DNA from: Thermoanaerobaculia bacterium
GTDB lineage: Bacteria; Acidobacteriota; Thermoanaerobaculia; UBA5066
Assembly (NCBI GenBank): GCA_963719225.1
Contig: CAVRAY010000001.1
Span: 2,144,001-2,208,000, forward strand
Length of the DNA stretch: 64,000 nt
Direction of reading: 5' to 3'
Shown here piece by piece: positions 62,301 to 64,000 of the stretch (position 1 is its first letter; each line of letters begins with the position of its first letter). The notes under the pieces were generated by a model. The model did not search any database, was not told the origin of the DNA, and was given only the letters and a program-made list of their open reading frames with translations. The position numbers and the translations under genes were made by a program.

Positions 62301-63797
62301 TATCTGGACTCCTCCTTGGGATCAAGTGCGGGCGGTCTGTGGTTTTTCTCCTTCTAAGAAATCAGGCGATCCTGGGTCGTCGGGGCGATTCCTGCGTGGG
62401 AACGCGATCGATGGTGATGAGCGGAGAAGGTCGCGACGGCACTCGTATCTACGGCCTCTTCTGTTGGAGCCTTCGTGGGCTCCGGGCCAGGATGAAATCC
62501 GCACACGGGGAGCCAATCGTTGTGCAACGGCTTCTTGGAGCCAGAGGTGTTATCGGCTTTGCCCCGTGTCGGTCGGACCGAGCTCATCTGTCGCATCTTT
62601 CGCGTTCGTCGGCGGGAAGGGCTGACGGGTTTCTCTCCCACTTTCTCGTTTCAGGCAGAAGCGGTTGCTGGAGGGTTCTGAGCGGCGAACCTGGCCTTGA
62701 ACGGCTCGCCCCGCGTTGCGACGGCCCAGATGATCCGGGCGAGCTTGTTTGCGACGGCGACTGCGGCGCGGTTTCGCCCGCGCCTGTTCTCGACCTCGAG
62801 CGCCCATTGCTGCAGGTCATGCGGCCTTTTCCTGCGATGGGCCGAGAGCAGCATCGAGCGGGCCCCGCCGATCAAAAGCGTCCTGAGGTACGGGTCTCCG
62901 GCCTTGCTGATCGACCCGAGCCACCTTCTCTTTCCGCTCGAGCTTTCCTTCGGCGTCAGCCCGAGCGAGCTCGCAAACTTCCGTCCCGACTTGAAGCGCA
63001 GGAAGTCTCCGACCATCGCAGAAAACGCCGTGGCGTTCAGGAGACCTACACCCGGAATCGTCTCGAGCCTCTCGACGAGAGGAGCCGTCCGGGCCAGGGC
63101 CTTCAGCTGCTTTTCGACCTGCCCGCTTCTTTCCTCGAGCTCTCGGGCCTCGGCCATCATCGCCATGAGCGCCGCGTGAAGGGGTTCGGGCACGGGCGAG
63201 GAAGACTGCGAGAGGGCTTCGAAAAGCGCCGGCTGGACTCTCTCGGCTCCCTCGGCAATCACAACCCCGAATTCCCTCAGCAGACCTCTCACGGTGTTCA
63301 GCCGGGCGGTCCGGGTCTTCATCAGCGCCGCGCGCACCCGGTGAAGCGCGCAGATGGTCTGCTGCTCGACCGTCTTGACGGGCACGGCGACGATCGTTTC
63401 TCGGTGCCGCGCGCTCAGGATCGCTTCGGCGTCCCTGCGGTCGATCTTCTGGCCGATGCGGTACGGCCTGACGTGCTGCGCCGGAAGCAGCCGCACGTCG
63501 TGCCCGAGCTCCTGCGCCTTGCGGCCCCAGTAGTGCGAGGTGCCACACGTCTCCATGAGGATCGTGGCCCTGGGGCACTGTGAAAGAAACGTGATCATCT
63601 GCCCTCGGCTCAGCCGCTTCCTCTGGCAGATGCGCCCCCCGCGCTCGACGGCAATCTCGAAGACGCTCTTGGACAGGTCGATCGCGATCGTCGTAGGATT
63701 CTCCATGGACTCCTCCTTTTCGGCTTCACTCTCCGACTCGATGACGTTGGCACACAGATGCCGTTTTCACGTCATGAAGGAGGAGTCCACTTCATCC
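62301..63797 (-). mobile_element. IS1111-type element, copy 3
   Basis: Same ends, 1497 bp, appears identical to copy 2. Confidence 0.92.
62651..63706 (-). CDS. IS110-family recombinase, copy 3
   Basis: Same protein as copy 2. Confidence 0.95.
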   Translation of the reverse strand: MENPTTIAIDLSKSVFEIAVERGGRICQRKRLSRGQMITFLSQCPRATILMETCGTSHYWGRKAQELGHDVRLLPAQHVRPYRIGQKIDRRDAEAILSARHRETIVAVPVKTVEQQTICALHRVRAALMKTRTARLNTVRGLLREFGVVIAEGAERVQPALFEALSQSSSPVPEPLHAALMAMMAEARELEERSGQVEKQLKALARTAPLVERLETIPGVGLLNATAFSAMVGDFLRFKSGRKFASSLGLTPKESSSGKRRWLGSISKAGDPYLRTLLIGGARSMLLSAHRRKRPHDLQQWALEVENRRGRNRAAVAVANKLARIIWAVATRGEPFKARFAAQNPPATASA

Positions 63798-63861
63798 TTG
63801 CAGCGGACTCGCTTGCGCTCGCCGCTGAACTCGATATCGTTAGACCGCACAGGGGACGAGC

Positions 63862-64000
63862 GTGAAGCGTGCCGACCCGAGCAAACGGATCAATCGCCTC
63901 CTCCGGGAGCTCGCGGGTCGCGCTCATGCGGAGGCGCTCGGCCGAGAACTTTTGGAGCTTCACGAGGACTTCCATGCTTGGCAGAAGGGCAACCTCTCGG
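63862..64000 (+). CDS. Cassette 11: hypothetical protein, cut by window end
   Basis: GTG after an AGGGG RBS; open frame VKRADPSKRINRLLRELAG... to the window edge. Confidence 0.55.
   Translation, partial: MKRADPSKRINRLLRELAGRAHAEALGRELLELHEDFHAWQKGNLS

Larger units (their letters stand above)
62288..63845 (+). repeat. attC site 10, split by IS1111-type copy 3
   Basis: GCCTAACACCTC(A) | IS | TTGCAGCGG...GCTGAACTCGATATCGTTAGAC. Confidence 0.85.

Overview
GC-rich bacterial window; the gene content suggests Acidobacteriota or a similar lineage (inference). Bases 1-51 kb are mostly metabolism and transport. They hold an acyl-CoA ligase/CoA-transferase III/OFA-antiporter operon with four small unknown genes, a LigD lacking its ligase domain, osmC, a PAS-GGDEF-EAL protein, proC, two branched-chain-type ABC operons and two paralogous porins. 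A ~10.6 kb cargo block (H+-ATPase, zwf, pgm, GH144-like, USP) lies between diverged duplicates of an MFS 3' end. From ~52.76 kb to the window end runs an integron-type cassette array: an attI-like head site, 10 short attC sites (seven intact and near-identical at 60 bp, three split by IS) and 11 cassettes, including a TA pair. No integron integrase lies at the array head. Instead a small co-oriented basic ORF of unknown function sits there, cut off from the attI-like site by an IS5-family element. Three copies of a 1497-bp IS1111-type (IS110 family) element are inserted in attC sites. Its non-coding end shows a readable bridge/seek-RNA layout, and the target guide matches two occupied attC sites exactly but has two mismatches to all seven empty ones. 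An IS3-family element disrupts one cassette. Many single-base frameshifts at 31.6-38.7 kb and 49-54 kb are probably sequencing errors.
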